Shown piece after piece: positions 42,533-52,138 of a stretch of 64,000 nt of DNA. How positions within the stretch are numbered: position 1 is the first letter of the stretch; every line of letters starts with the position of its first letter. The notes beneath the pieces were generated by a model. It made no database searches, was not told the DNA's origin, and worked only from the letters and a program-made list of their open reading frames with translations. The position numbers and the translations under genes were made by a program. This stretch comes from Gemmatimonadota bacterium (lineage in GTDB: Bacteria > Gemmatimonadota > Gemmatimonadetes > Palauibacterales > Palauibacteraceae): positions 3,488,001-3,552,000 of the forward strand of contig OY762926.1 in assembly GCA_963666735.1 (NCBI GenBank), read 5' to 3'.

Positions 42533-43540
42533 TTGGGCGTGGAAAAAGAAACAGTCGACATTACCATCATCGGGGGCGGCCCAACCGGTCTCTACGGACT
42601 CTTCTATGCCGGCATGCGCGGCGTGTCCGCCCGTGTCATCGATGCGCTCCCTGAGCTCGGCGGCCAGCTCACCGCTCTCTATCCGGAGAAGGATGTCTTC
42701 GATGTCGCCGGCTTCCCCCGCGTACTCGCCAAGGACCTGGCGCGGGAACTCGTAACGCAGGGCCTGCAGTTCGACGCGGAGGTCTGCCTCGAGGAGCGCG
42801 TCCTGAAACTGAATCCCGAAGATGGCCGCTTCGACCTGTGGACCGACGGGGGGGCGCGGCCCACTCGGACCGTCGTCATCGCCGGAGGGAAGGGCGCCTT
42901 CAAGAGCCGGACGCTGGCCGTGCCGGGATGGGATGAGTTCCTGAACCGGGGACTTACGACGCAAGTGAAGGACCCCGGATCGTTCCGCGGCAAGCGCGTC
43001 CTCCTGGTCGGCGGTGGCGACTCCGCCTTCGACTGGAGTTGGGCGCTGCGGGACACCGCCGGTGAACTCACGCATATCCACCGCTCGAACCGCTACCGGG
43101 CCCACGAGAGCACGGTGGCTCAGGTCGAGGGTGCGCATGCACGGGGCGAACTGCGGCTCCGCACCTTCTACACCGTGACGGAGATCCACGGCGGCGACCG
43201 GGTCGAGGCCGCGACGATCCGGCACACGAAGACGAAGGAGACGACGCGCCTCGAAGTGGACGAGATCGTCGCCTTGATCGGGTTCGTGCCGAACATCGGG
43301 CCGATCGCCGAGTGGGGGCTCGAACTCGAGAAGAACTGCATCGTGGTGGATTCGCGCATGCGGACGAACATCCCCGGCGTCTATGCGGCGGGAGACATCG
43401 CCACCTACGACGGGAAACTGGAGTTGATCTCGACCGGTTTCGGGGAAGCCGCGATCGCCGTGAACAACGCGGTTCACCACATCGATCCGACCGCGAAGGT
43501 GAACCCCGGCCACTCAACGAGTTACAAGGTCTTCAAGTAG
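42533..43540 (+). CDS. Thioredoxin-reductase-fold ferredoxin-NADP+ reductase-like flavoprotein
   Basis: IIGGGPTG, GGQLTALYPEK, VGGGDSAFD, AAGDIA, C-terminal HST; lacks the TrxR CxxC. Confidence 0.85.
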   Translation: MGVEKETVDITIIGGGPTGLYGLFYAGMRGVSARVIDALPELGGQLTALYPEKDVFDVAGFPRVLAKDLARELVTQGLQFDAEVCLEERVLKLNPEDGRFDLWTDGGARPTRTVVIAGGKGAFKSRTLAVPGWDEFLNRGLTTQVKDPGSFRGKRVLLVGGGDSAFDWSWALRDTAGELTHIHRSNRYRAHESTVAQVEGAHARGELRLRTFYTVTEIHGGDRVEAATIRHTKTKETTRLEVDEIVALIGFVPNIGPIAEWGLELEKNCIVVDSRMRTNIPGVYAAGDIATYDGKLELISTGFGEAAIAVNNAVHHIDPTAKVNPGHSTSYKVFK

Positions 43541-46454
43541 CCGCGGTTCGTCCGCCACCTTCGGCATCGCGCCGCCGCCCGACGAGTTCGATGAGGCGGG
43601 CGTCGGATCCCGTGAGGTTCTCCCTTGCCCAGTCCCGAACATCATCTTCGTGCGTGAACAGGATGACCTGGGTCGAGCGGGCGAGCACGGCCAGAGTCTG
43701 CAGTACCGCCTGTTTCCGTACCGCATCCGAAGCGCCGACGACATCGTCGAGGATGAGGGGACAGGTCTCGCCTTCCCGGGTGAGGTGCCGCGAGAGCGCG
43801 AACCTGAGCAGCAGGTAGACCTGCTCCGCCGTGCCGTGGGAGAGCCGTTCGGCGAACCGCCAGCGCCCCCCCGGCGTCCGCACCTGGACGAGCAGGTTCT
43901 CCGGGTCGATTCGGCATCCGGTGTAGCGGCCCTCCGTCACCCCGGGCAGCCATTCGAGCACCGTCTGCGTCAGGATGGGCGCGATGTCGCGCATGACGCG
44001 CTCCTGCGCCTCTTCGAGGAATTCGATCGTGCAGTCCAGCGTGTCCTTGAGACGCGCGATCCGCGCCCGTTCCCGTTCGGCCGCCGCCAGCGCGTCTTCC
44101 GCGTCCGCCACGCTCGGGAGGTGGTGCTCGCGTTCGGTGAGTTGGCCGCCTGCGCGCAGCACCTCCTCGCGGGCGGCCTCCGCTTCCTGCCTCAGATTTT
44201 CCAGCGTCTCCTCGCTAGGCCGTCCCGTCCGGGTCTCGACGAGGACGGCCGCGCCGACCCGGTCGACGAGCCCGTCGGCCCGGAGACGGAGTCGCTCGGC
44301 ATCGTCCGCGAACTCATCCAGTGTCCGCTCGCCCAGCAACTGTTGCAGGCGATCCCATGACTCGTTGCGCTCGCCGGCCTCCTGGAGCAGCCGCTCCCGG
44401 CCTGCGCGCCATTGCTCCAGCGCCGCCGCCAGATCCTCGGGGTCGTCGGCCGTCGCCCCAACCTGCGCGCCGGCTTCACGCAGCTTGTTCGCGGCTTCGA
44501 CGGCTCGCTCCGATCGGTGTGCGTGCCGCGTCTCCGCCGCGAGGCGCCGGGCTCTCTCGTCGCTCCACTGTCGGCGTCGCTCCGCGGTCCGCCGCTCGAG
44601 TTCGCCCAACTCGCCCGGCGCGATGCCTCGGCCCCTTGCGTCCGCGAGCGGGTCTTCGGCCGCGTCCGCCAAGAGGGCATCGGCTACGGCGCGCAGCCGA
44701 TCCGTCTCGGCGACCAGTGCGTCGAAGGATGAGCCGGCAAGCAGTCCCTGAAGCTCATCCCACTGCGAGCCCCGCCGCGCGGCCTCTTCCCTTCCGGCCA
44801 GCCGGGACTCCACCTGGCGGCGCAGCGCGTCCGCGATCGTTTCCGGTTCGGCGGCTGATTCGGCGGCCGATTCGGCGGCGGCCACCGTGTCCGCGCCGGC
44901 AAGCTCGCGCATGCGCCCGATCGCCTCATGCCGGCGCCGGAGCCCGTCTTCGTATCGATCCCGTTCCGCGCGCGCCGAGGCAAGTTCGCGCCGGAGACTG
45001 TCATGGCGTACGTCCAGGGCCAGCGCAATCTCCGAGCGGTCGGCGCGGGTTCTCGCGAATCCTTGAGACAGGATGCCTCCCGCCCCGACGGCGAACAGGA
45101 TCAGTCCCGTCGTGCGCAGATCGGGCGCCGCAAGCGCGAGGACGAGGCCTCCGATCGCCGCAACTGCCGAAACACCGAGCCACACCGCGTTTCGCCCGGG
45201 CAGAGGTTCCACGGGCGGCGCCCGCCGCCTCTTCTCGAGCGCCGCGAGTTCTTCCTCGAGTGCCTCCACACTCCGGCCGGCCGGCGCTTCAACCTCGGGA
45301 AGCGATTCCCAGACGCGGAGTGCGTCGCGGACCTCCGCAAGACGCGCGTCCTCTTCGGGGGCAACCCGGGGGCTGCCTTCCGGGAAGAGCGCCCGCAGCT
45401 CACGTGCATTCGCGAGGCGAGTTCCGGCTTCCACGGCCGCCGCCTCCGCGACAACCGCGCGCGTGGCCGCAAGCTCCGCATCGGCGCTCTCGATCCTCTC
45501 CTCGATCTCGCGCGCCGAGGGCCCCGTCAGTTCCACTGGAGCGGGGAGATTTCGCCAAGTCGTGAGCGCTTCGGTGACCGTTCGCGTGAGCCCGCCGCCC
45601 TCGGGGACCGGGTGAGGCGCCCCCTCCGGGAACTCCTCGTGCAGGGCCCGCGCCTCCCGCAGCCGCTCCGCGAGCGCTTCCGCCTCCACGCTCGCGAGCG
45701 CGGCCTCCACCGCCTCCGCGCGGCGCCGGGTTTCCCGCGCGGCCCGCTCCAGCGTTTCGATCTCGGCGCGACGCTCCTGAAAGTCCCGGTGCGCCTCTCG
45801 GGCCGCCTCCAGCGCCTCGCGCGCCTCCGCCACCCGTCGCGCGGTCGTCATGAGCGGCTTCGTCGGAGCCCGGGTCGATCCGACACGTTCCCGGAGAACC
45901 TCCTCGAGCCGTTGGAGCGCGGCCGCCGCCGTCTGGTCCACGCCCGCCGTCGCCGCCGCGCGCTGCATGTCCTCCTGCAGCGACTCGGGATGATCACGGA
46001 CCCTGAGGATGTCCGCCTGGCGCACGCAGGCCGTGGCGAGAAACGAGCGCCGGTTCAGGCCCAGCCAGCGCGAGCCGTCCGGCGCTCCGTCGAACAGGAT
46101 CTCGTGCGAATAGTCCCGTCCCGCCACGCTCGTGTCCTCCGCCGAACTCTCGATCCTTCCCGCCAGGTCGTGCCTCAACTCCACGCACCGTCCGTCCTCG
46201 AGCGCGACGACCGCGCCGATCTCCCACTCGTCACCATCCCACGGCTTGTGGCGCGCCGCGAACGCCTTCTCCTCCTTCCGCATCGCCCCCTTGCCGCGCC
46301 GCATGCCGCAGAGCCCGGCGTACAGCGCCGCGTGCCAGGACGATTTCCCTGCCTCGTTACGGCCGAAGACGACGTTCATTCCCGGCGCCAGTTCCAGCGT
46401 CTCATCCCGGAAGGGGCCGAAACGATGGGCCGTCACGGACTCGAAGCGCATCAC
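43533..46454 (-). CDS. Rad50/SbcC-like (YhaN-like) coiled-coil ATPase with central TM hairpin
   Basis: Walker A GRNEAGKS, long coiled coil, signature LSHGT, Walker B LILDD, QVILFTH. Confidence 0.85.
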   Translation of the reverse strand: MMRFESVTAHRFGPFRDETLELAPGMNVVFGRNEAGKSSWHAALYAGLCGMRRGKGAMRKEEKAFAARHKPWDGDEWEIGAVVALEDGRCVELRHDLAGRIESSAEDTSVAGRDYSHEILFDGAPDGSRWLGLNRRSFLATACVRQADILRVRDHPESLQEDMQRAAATAGVDQTAAAALQRLEEVLRERVGSTRAPTKPLMTTARRVAEAREALEAAREAHRDFQERRAEIETLERAARETRRRAEAVEAALASVEAEALAERLREARALHEEFPEGAPHPVPEGGGLTRTVTEALTTWRNLPAPVELTGPSAREIEERIESADAELAATRAVVAEAAAVEAGTRLANARELRALFPEGSPRVAPEEDARLAEVRDALRVWESLPEVEAPAGRSVEALEEELAALEKRRRAPPVEPLPGRNAVWLGVSAVAAIGGLVLALAAPDLRTTGLILFAVGAGGILSQGFARTRADRSEIALALDVRHDSLRRELASARAERDRYEDGLRRRHEAIGRMRELAGADTVAAAESAAESAAEPETIADALRRQVESRLAGREEAARRGSQWDELQGLLAGSSFDALVAETDRLRAVADALLADAAEDPLADARGRGIAPGELGELERRTAERRRQWSDERARRLAAETRHAHRSERAVEAANKLREAGAQVGATADDPEDLAAALEQWRAGRERLLQEAGERNESWDRLQQLLGERTLDEFADDAERLRLRADGLVDRVGAAVLVETRTGRPSEETLENLRQEAEAAREEVLRAGGQLTEREHHLPSVADAEDALAAAERERARIARLKDTLDCTIEFLEEAQERVMRDIAPILTQTVLEWLPGVTEGRYTGCRIDPENLLVQVRTPGGRWRFAERLSHGTAEQVYLLLRFALSRHLTREGETCPLILDDVVGASDAVRKQAVLQTLAVLARSTQVILFTHEDDVRDWARENLTGSDARLIELVGRRRDAEGGGRTAAT

Positions 46455-47566
46455 AGCACCTCGAGATCGTCGCGGCCGTCGAGCGCCCGGAGCCCCATCC
46501 TCAGGACGCGGCGCTTTTCATCGTCCGACAGCTCCGCGCCCAACACATCCTCGACGAACTGTCCCCGCACCGTGGGCTCCTGACGGACTTCCTCGAAGTC
46601 GTACGCCGGGTGCAATTCCGATTTCCGGATCTGCACGGCGTCGAACGTCTCGATCAACTGTTCGCGGATCGTGTCCTCCTGGAGGTCGAGCGACGGCTCC
46701 AGGTCGCCGCACACCGTCAGGCGCGCGAGTCCCGCGAGGCTCTCCGCCTTCGCGCGCAGCGCGTCGCGAATCTGCTGGCGACTCGTGAGACCCGTGACAT
46801 CGAGCCGCAGGTCGTGAACCGGCGTGACGGCCACCACCCGCCGCTCGCGCGTGACCTCACCCTCCGCGTCGACCGTCGCCACCACGGGCCCGCGCTCCCC
46901 TTCCTCTCCGAACTGGAGAGGGTCGGGGTTGCCCGGATAGGTGTGATGCGCGCCGTCCGCCGGCCGGTGATAGTGGCCGAGGAACGCGTGGTGCAGCCCG
47001 CTGTCCGGGATTTCAGCCGTCTCGAAGGGGGCGTGCGGCGCCTTCCCTTCGCCCTGCGCCGCGAGCCACGACCGTTCCGCCCCGTGAAACAGCGCCACGT
47101 GGGCCCCCGCCCCGGAGACCCTGAAGCCGTCGCCGAGGAAGTTGTCCGTGTTGGCGGGAGCGCAGTGCGCGGCTCCCCACAGCGTGATGCCGGGCGCGAG
47201 GGAGACCGCCCGCAGCGCCGCATCCCGAAAGATGTGGACGTTCTCGCTCCATCCGCCTGTCGCGTAGACGCTCGTCGGCCCATACCAGTCGTGATTGCCG
47301 GGCGCGATGTAGACCGGCACCGGGTCGAGGGAGGCGAAGGTCTGCCGCAGAAAGTTCGCCGTGTCCAGCGTGACGCGATCGTGCTCGTACAGATCGCCTC
47401 CGCAGAAGAGCGCGTCTGCGCCGGTCGAGCGGACGAGTTCGACGATCACGAGCAGGGTGTCGCGAAGCGCCTCGCGCCGCCGCCGCGCCACGTCGCCCGT
47501 CGCCTCGCACCACGCGAAGGGGGAGTCGAGATGGAGGTCGGCAAAGTGGACGATCGTCCGTTTCAC
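46451..47566 (-). CDS. Mre11/SbcD-like (YhaO-like) metallophosphoesterase
   Basis: ADLHLD, GGDLYE, PGNHD, FHG, LGHYH, YPGNP. Confidence 0.9.
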   Translation of the reverse strand: MKRTIVHFADLHLDSPFAWCEATGDVARRRREALRDTLLVIVELVRSTGADALFCGGDLYEHDRVTLDTANFLRQTFASLDPVPVYIAPGNHDWYGPTSVYATGGWSENVHIFRDAALRAVSLAPGITLWGAAHCAPANTDNFLGDGFRVSGAGAHVALFHGAERSWLAAQGEGKAPHAPFETAEIPDSGLHHAFLGHYHRPADGAHHTYPGNPDPLQFGEEGERGPVVATVDAEGEVTRERRVVAVTPVHDLRLDVTGLTSRQQIRDALRAKAESLAGLARLTVCGDLEPSLDLQEDTIREQLIETFDAVQIRKSELHPAYDFEEVRQEPTVRGQFVEDVLGAELSDDEKRRVLRMGLRALDGRDDLEVL

Positions 47567-47568
47567 AG

Positions 47569-48729
47569 TCAGCTGAGGAACGCCTCGATTCGGCCCCAGT
47601 TCGCCTCCGCGTCGGAGGCTCCCAGTTTCACGAGCGCCTGGATGTACTCGTTCTCGAACAGGAGGTAGCTCAGGAAGTCGGCCGTCTTGATGTCCGGCGT
47701 TCCCAGGCCTCGCACGAGAAACCTGAGCGCCGGAGGAAGTTCGATCTCGAAGTCGCGCGCCAGTTTTCCGATATCCCGGGAGGGTCGGAGGATGAGCAGG
47801 TCGACGTGGCGCAGACCCTGGCTCTCGGACACCTCGGGGGGGAGTCGGTCGACGAGGAGGTTGATCCTGCGCAGCGCCGCCGCGTCCCAGTCGAGCGTGT
47901 CGAGAAAGACCGAGTTCAGCAGCAGGCCCAGCACTCTCGCCGGCGGCGGATAGCCGGTCGTGTCCGGGGCCCGCGCCTCGAGTTCGGAGCGCCGGTAGCG
48001 GGCCGAGATCGTGAAGATGCGGTCCGCCCCCATGTGGATCGCCGGCGCCAGCGGCGCGGCGGTGCGGAAGCTCCCGTCTCCGTAGTACTGCTGCCCGAGC
48101 TTGACGGCCGGGAACACGAGCGGAATCGACGCGGAGGCCAGGATGTGGTCCACCGAAATGTCCGTCCGCACGAGTCGGTAGTGGGCGCTCGCCGGCCGGG
48201 GCGTCGACTGCGGTTCTCCCTGTACGAAGAGGACCGTGCGTCCCGTCTGGTACGACATCGCGGTGAGACCCACCGCTTCGAGCTTGCCCGCCCTGATCCG
48301 GGCGTCGATCTCCCCGCGGTCGACGTCGCGCTCGATGAATTCCCTAAGCGGCGACGTGTCGACGAGGCTCTGGAAACGGGGACTCAGCCCGGTCCCGCCG
48401 CCCAGAAGAGATCCCCCCAGCCGCAGGCCCACCTTGAGCAGGGAAGCGGGGTTCGTGCGCAGCACTTCCTCGGTCGTGAGCGAGAGCCAGCGGCGCTTCA
48501 GAGCCTGCGTCGCGGCGCGCAGATTGCCGTCGTAGGCGGCGAGAAAACCCACGTTGATCGCGCCGGCGGAGACGCCGGTGAGGAGGGGGACGCGCAGCGC
48601 GGGCAGCCGTCTGCCGACATAGCTCAGCACGCCGGTCTGGTAGGCGGCCCTCGCGCCGCCACCCGAGAGGGCGAAGGCCAGCTTCCCCCGCGCGGCGCCG
48701 GAAGCGCCACTCCCAGGGGCTCCCGTCAC
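47569..48729 (-). CDS. Patatin-like phospholipase
   Basis: LSGGGARAAY, GVSAG, ASASIPLVFP, YGDGS; start approximate. Confidence 0.88.
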   Translation of the reverse strand: MTGAPGSGASGAARGKLAFALSGGGARAAYQTGVLSYVGRRLPALRVPLLTGVSAGAINVGFLAAYDGNLRAATQALKRRWLSLTTEEVLRTNPASLLKVGLRLGGSLLGGGTGLSPRFQSLVDTSPLREFIERDVDRGEIDARIRAGKLEAVGLTAMSYQTGRTVLFVQGEPQSTPRPASAHYRLVRTDISVDHILASASIPLVFPAVKLGQQYYGDGSFRTAAPLAPAIHMGADRIFTISARYRRSELEARAPDTTGYPPPARVLGLLLNSVFLDTLDWDAAALRRINLLVDRLPPEVSESQGLRHVDLLILRPSRDIGKLARDFEIELPPALRFLVRGLGTPDIKTADFLSYLLFENEYIQALVKLGASDAEANWGRIEAFLS

Positions 48730-48742
48730 GCCGGTCCCCGCG

Positions 48743-49252
48743 TCAGGACCGTCCGCCGGGGCGGCCCAGGAGTTGCCGGTGCCACGAACGGGCGGCCGGC
48801 CGCTCGAGTTCACCCGCCCGCAGCGCCGCCAACGTGTCGATCGTCGGATCGAAGACGGGGGTCGTGTCGTCGATCGCTCCCGTCTTCGCCCGCGCCCGGA
48901 ACTCTGTGCGCGCGCAACTTTCGATCGCGCCGGAAGCGTTCCGGTAGAAGACGCGCGTGCTGTCGAGAAAGGAGCAATCCAGGCGGGCCTCGAGCGCGCC
49001 GATCCGTCGGGACATCGCGTCGATCGAGCACCCCGAAGCGGGCGCCGACGCCTCGTCCACGGCGACGACCGCGAACCGGTCTTCAACCCATTCCACGCCC
49101 GCCCTGAGCGCGGCCCCGTGCGCGGTCCACACGTCGACGAATGCGCGCAGGTCGCCCATCAGCGCCTCGCGCTCCGCCGGGGCCAGCGGACGGTCCGCCC
49201 CGAAGATCCAGACGCGGGCGGAATCGGGGAGCGATGTCAGCGGAACACTCAT
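48743..49252 (-). CDS. Conserved-looking hypothetical protein with SGCSID motif
   Basis: LPDSARVWIF, WTAHG, ASGCSID, VFD; fits within the co-directional run. Confidence 0.7.
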   Translation of the reverse strand: MSVPLTSLPDSARVWIFGADRPLAPAEREALMGDLRAFVDVWTAHGAALRAGVEWVEDRFAVVAVDEASAPASGCSIDAMSRRIGALEARLDCSFLDSTRVFYRNASGAIESCARTEFRARAKTGAIDDTTPVFDPTIDTLAALRAGELERPAARSWHRQLLGRPGGRS

Positions 49253-49315
49253 GCCGGGACCATACGTCGGCCCGCGACCTCCCGCCAACCCGGCCGGGTG
49301 TCCGCTATGTGTCCG

Positions 49316-50527
49316 CTATTCGTACCGAAGCGCCACGATCGGATCGAGCCGGGCCGCGCGCCGGGCGGGCCAGAGGCCGAAGAACACGCCCACCGCGGCG
49401 GCGAACACCACGGCGAGGCCGATGGCCTCCGGCGCGATGGCCATCGTCCAGCCAGCCGACCGCGAGAGCATCTCCGCCGCGCCGTACGCGAACGCGACCC
49501 CGAGGACGCCGCCCGTCATGCAGAGCGTCGTGGCTTCGAGGAGAAACTGGAGCAGCACCGCGTTTCGCGTGGCGCCGAGCGCCTTTCGCACGCCGATCTC
49601 CTTCGTTCGCTCCGTGACGGACACCAGCATGATGTTCATGATCCCGATGCCGCCGACGAGAAGGCTCACCGCGGCGATCCCGGCGAGCAGCATCGTGAAC
49701 GTCTGCGTCGTCTCCTGCTGCATCTCGAGGAACTGCACGCTGTCCGAGATCCAGAAGTCGTTCTCCCGTCCCAGCGGGAGACGGTGCTCGCGGCGCAGGA
49801 TGTCCTCGATCTGCACCATCGCGACCGGGATCGCCGCCTCGCTCTCGACGACGACCTTGAACTGGTTGACCCGGTCGGTCCCGAGCAATCGGAACTGCGC
49901 CGTCTCCAGCGGAACGAGGATCTGCTCATCCTGGTTGAACCAGCCCGACCCGCCCTTTTCGTCCAGCACGCCCACGACCTCGAAGGAGATGTTCCGGATC
50001 GAGATCGTCCGGCCGACGAGTTCGGCGGCGTCGGTGTTCAGGACCGCCGGCACCGCGCCTCCGAGCACGGCGACCCGTCGCCGGCCGCGATTCTCCGACT
50101 CATCGAAGAAGCGTCCGAGTTGCACCGTGTGGTTTTCGACCTCCGCGTAGTTCGGCGTCGTACCGAGAATCCGCACGCTCGCGTTGTTGCGCCCGACCTG
50201 CACCTGCAACTGCCCCTGCATCTCCGGGGCCACCTCCACCAGCGCGGGGGCCCCCTGCGTCACCGCCTCGACATCTTCGGTCGTCAACCGGGCGTTCGAT
50301 CCGCCCCGGACGCCTCGGAACATCCCCTGCCCTGGGCGAACCGTGAGCACGTTGGTTCCGAGCGACTCGATCTGGTTCTCGACCTGCTGCTGGGCGCCCT
50401 CTCCCAGAGCCACCATCGTGATGACGGCACCGACCCCGATCACGATCCCGAGCATGGTCAGGAACGAGCGCAGCTTGTTGGCGCGGATCGCATCCATCGC
50501 GACCCGGAGAATCTCGAAAAAGATCAT
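49316..50527 (-). CDS. MacB/FtsX-type ABC permease (no fused ATPase)
   Basis: NKLRSFLTMLGIVIGV, SLLVGGIGIMNIMLVSVTERTKEIG, PARRAARLDP. Confidence 0.93.
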   Translation of the reverse strand: MIFFEILRVAMDAIRANKLRSFLTMLGIVIGVGAVITMVALGEGAQQQVENQIESLGTNVLTVRPGQGMFRGVRGGSNARLTTEDVEAVTQGAPALVEVAPEMQGQLQVQVGRNNASVRILGTTPNYAEVENHTVQLGRFFDESENRGRRRVAVLGGAVPAVLNTDAAELVGRTISIRNISFEVVGVLDEKGGSGWFNQDEQILVPLETAQFRLLGTDRVNQFKVVVESEAAIPVAMVQIEDILRREHRLPLGRENDFWISDSVQFLEMQQETTQTFTMLLAGIAAVSLLVGGIGIMNIMLVSVTERTKEIGVRKALGATRNAVLLQFLLEATTLCMTGGVLGVAFAYGAAEMLSRSAGWTMAIAPEAIGLAVVFAAAVGVFFGLWPARRAARLDPIVALRYE

Positions 50528-50534
50528 CGCGGCA

Positions 50535-52010
50535 TCATCGCCTTCCTCCGACGCCCGGCAGCCCCGTCCGGCTGCGGATTCGGTCCAGGAACTCCTGCTG
50601 CGCGATGAGCGAGGTGGGAACGGCGACGATCTCCTCGCCTTCCTCGAGCCCGCGGACGATATGCGTGTGGTCGAAGTCGCTGAGGCCGATCATGACCGGC
50701 TTCAGGTCGAGCAGTCCGTTCGCATCGTACCTGAACACGAACGCCGGCTGGGGCTCGTCGGGCCGCCGCGCGGGTCCGCCCCGGCCGCCTCCCGGTCCAC
50801 CGGCTCCCTGGTTTCGGAACTGCTGCATCATCTGCCGGCGCTCGTCGTCGGAGAGGTTCTGGATGACGCGCATGCGCTCCTCCTGCGACATCGACTGGAA
50901 TTCCGACATCGGAACTCCGCCGATCATCTGCTCTTCCTCCCCCTCCCCCGCGTCCGCCTCTCCCTCGCCCTCCCCGGGCTGCCCCTGGCTCTGGAAGTCG
51001 CGCAGCAGCGCGTTGACATCGGCGTCGATCTCGAGCGCCCGGACGATCTGGACGGCCTCCTGCTGGGACTTGATCCCGCTGTTCGCCACCGCCAGCACGT
51101 CCTCCTGCCGCCCGATCACGACTTCGACGTCCGCGTTCATCCCCGGCCGCATCAGGTCTTCCTCGTTGGAGATGCGCGTGAGCACGGCGAACATGGTCAC
51201 GTTCTGCTCGACGACCGCCTGCGGTTCGATCTTGAGGACGGACCCCCGGAAGGTCCGGCTGGGATAGGCCTCCACGGTGATGTCGGCCGGCAGTCCCGGC
51301 TCGAGCCGGCCGATGTCCGTCTCGTCGACGAGCATGCGCACCTGGACCTCGGTGAGATCCGCCATCCGCATCAACACGGTGCCGCCCGTGAGGTCGCGCG
51401 TCCCCGTGACGACCTGCCCCTGCTCCACCGTCCGTTCCACGACGGTTCCGGTGATCGGGGCACGGAGCGTCACGTCGTCCAGCTTGTCCTCGGCGAGTTC
51501 GAGGTTGGTCGTGGCGCGGACCAGCGAAGCCCTCGCGTTCGCCGAGGAGAGGATCGCGCTCTCCAGTTCCTCCGAGGTCACGATGTCGGATTCGTGGAGC
51601 GCCTGGATCCGTTCGAGCTGGCGTTCCGCGACATCGGCCTGGGCCTCGGCCACGTCCAGATCGGCCTGCGCCTGGGCGTACGCGTTGTTGACGTCGCGCG
51701 GGTCGATCCGCACGAGGAGCGTGCCCTGCTCGACGTTATCCCCGAGTTCGACGGGCAGATCGAGGACCTCGCCGCCCGCCTGCGACTTCACCTCGATCAC
51801 GCGGATGGGCTCGACCGTCCCCGTCGCCTCGACGCTGGAGACGATGGTCTGCCGCCCGGCGGTCAGGGTCTGGAGCGTCTGCTCGGGTTCGTTGGCCTCG
51901 CCGGTCGCACAGCCTGCAGCGGCAAGTCCCAGCGCCGTGAAGACCGTGGCGCGGCCCGGGGGGCCGCCTCGGAGGGGGAAGCGACGCCTGCAGCGTTCGA
52001 ATATGAACAT
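50535..52010 (-). CDS. MacA-like efflux periplasmic adaptor (lipoprotein)
   Basis: AAGC lipobox, VEATGTV, LRAPITG, VDETDIG, MRPGM; Gly/Gln-rich insert near the C-terminus. Confidence 0.88.
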   Translation of the reverse strand: MFIFERCRRRFPLRGGPPGRATVFTALGLAAAGCATGEANEPEQTLQTLTAGRQTIVSSVEATGTVEPIRVIEVKSQAGGEVLDLPVELGDNVEQGTLLVRIDPRDVNNAYAQAQADLDVAEAQADVAERQLERIQALHESDIVTSEELESAILSSANARASLVRATTNLELAEDKLDDVTLRAPITGTVVERTVEQGQVVTGTRDLTGGTVLMRMADLTEVQVRMLVDETDIGRLEPGLPADITVEAYPSRTFRGSVLKIEPQAVVEQNVTMFAVLTRISNEEDLMRPGMNADVEVVIGRQEDVLAVANSGIKSQQEAVQIVRALEIDADVNALLRDFQSQGQPGEGEGEADAGEGEEEQMIGGVPMSEFQSMSQEERMRVIQNLSDDERRQMMQQFRNQGAGGPGGGRGGPARRPDEPQPAFVFRYDANGLLDLKPVMIGLSDFDHTHIVRGLEEGEEIVAVPTSLIAQQEFLDRIRSRTGLPGVGGRR

Positions 52011-52138
52011 CGGAATCTCGTCTCGTGTCGGGTCCGTGACCGGGCTATCGGCGCGGCGAAACCGCGCCGCCATAGCACGGTGAGAGGACACCCCGCGCGG
52101 GTCCGACGTTGAAGAGACACGCCATGCGGCGCGCGCCG

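Noticed and set aside
47569..48729. Patatin as a CBASS effector
   Set aside because: No CD-NTase or Cap ancillary genes in the window.
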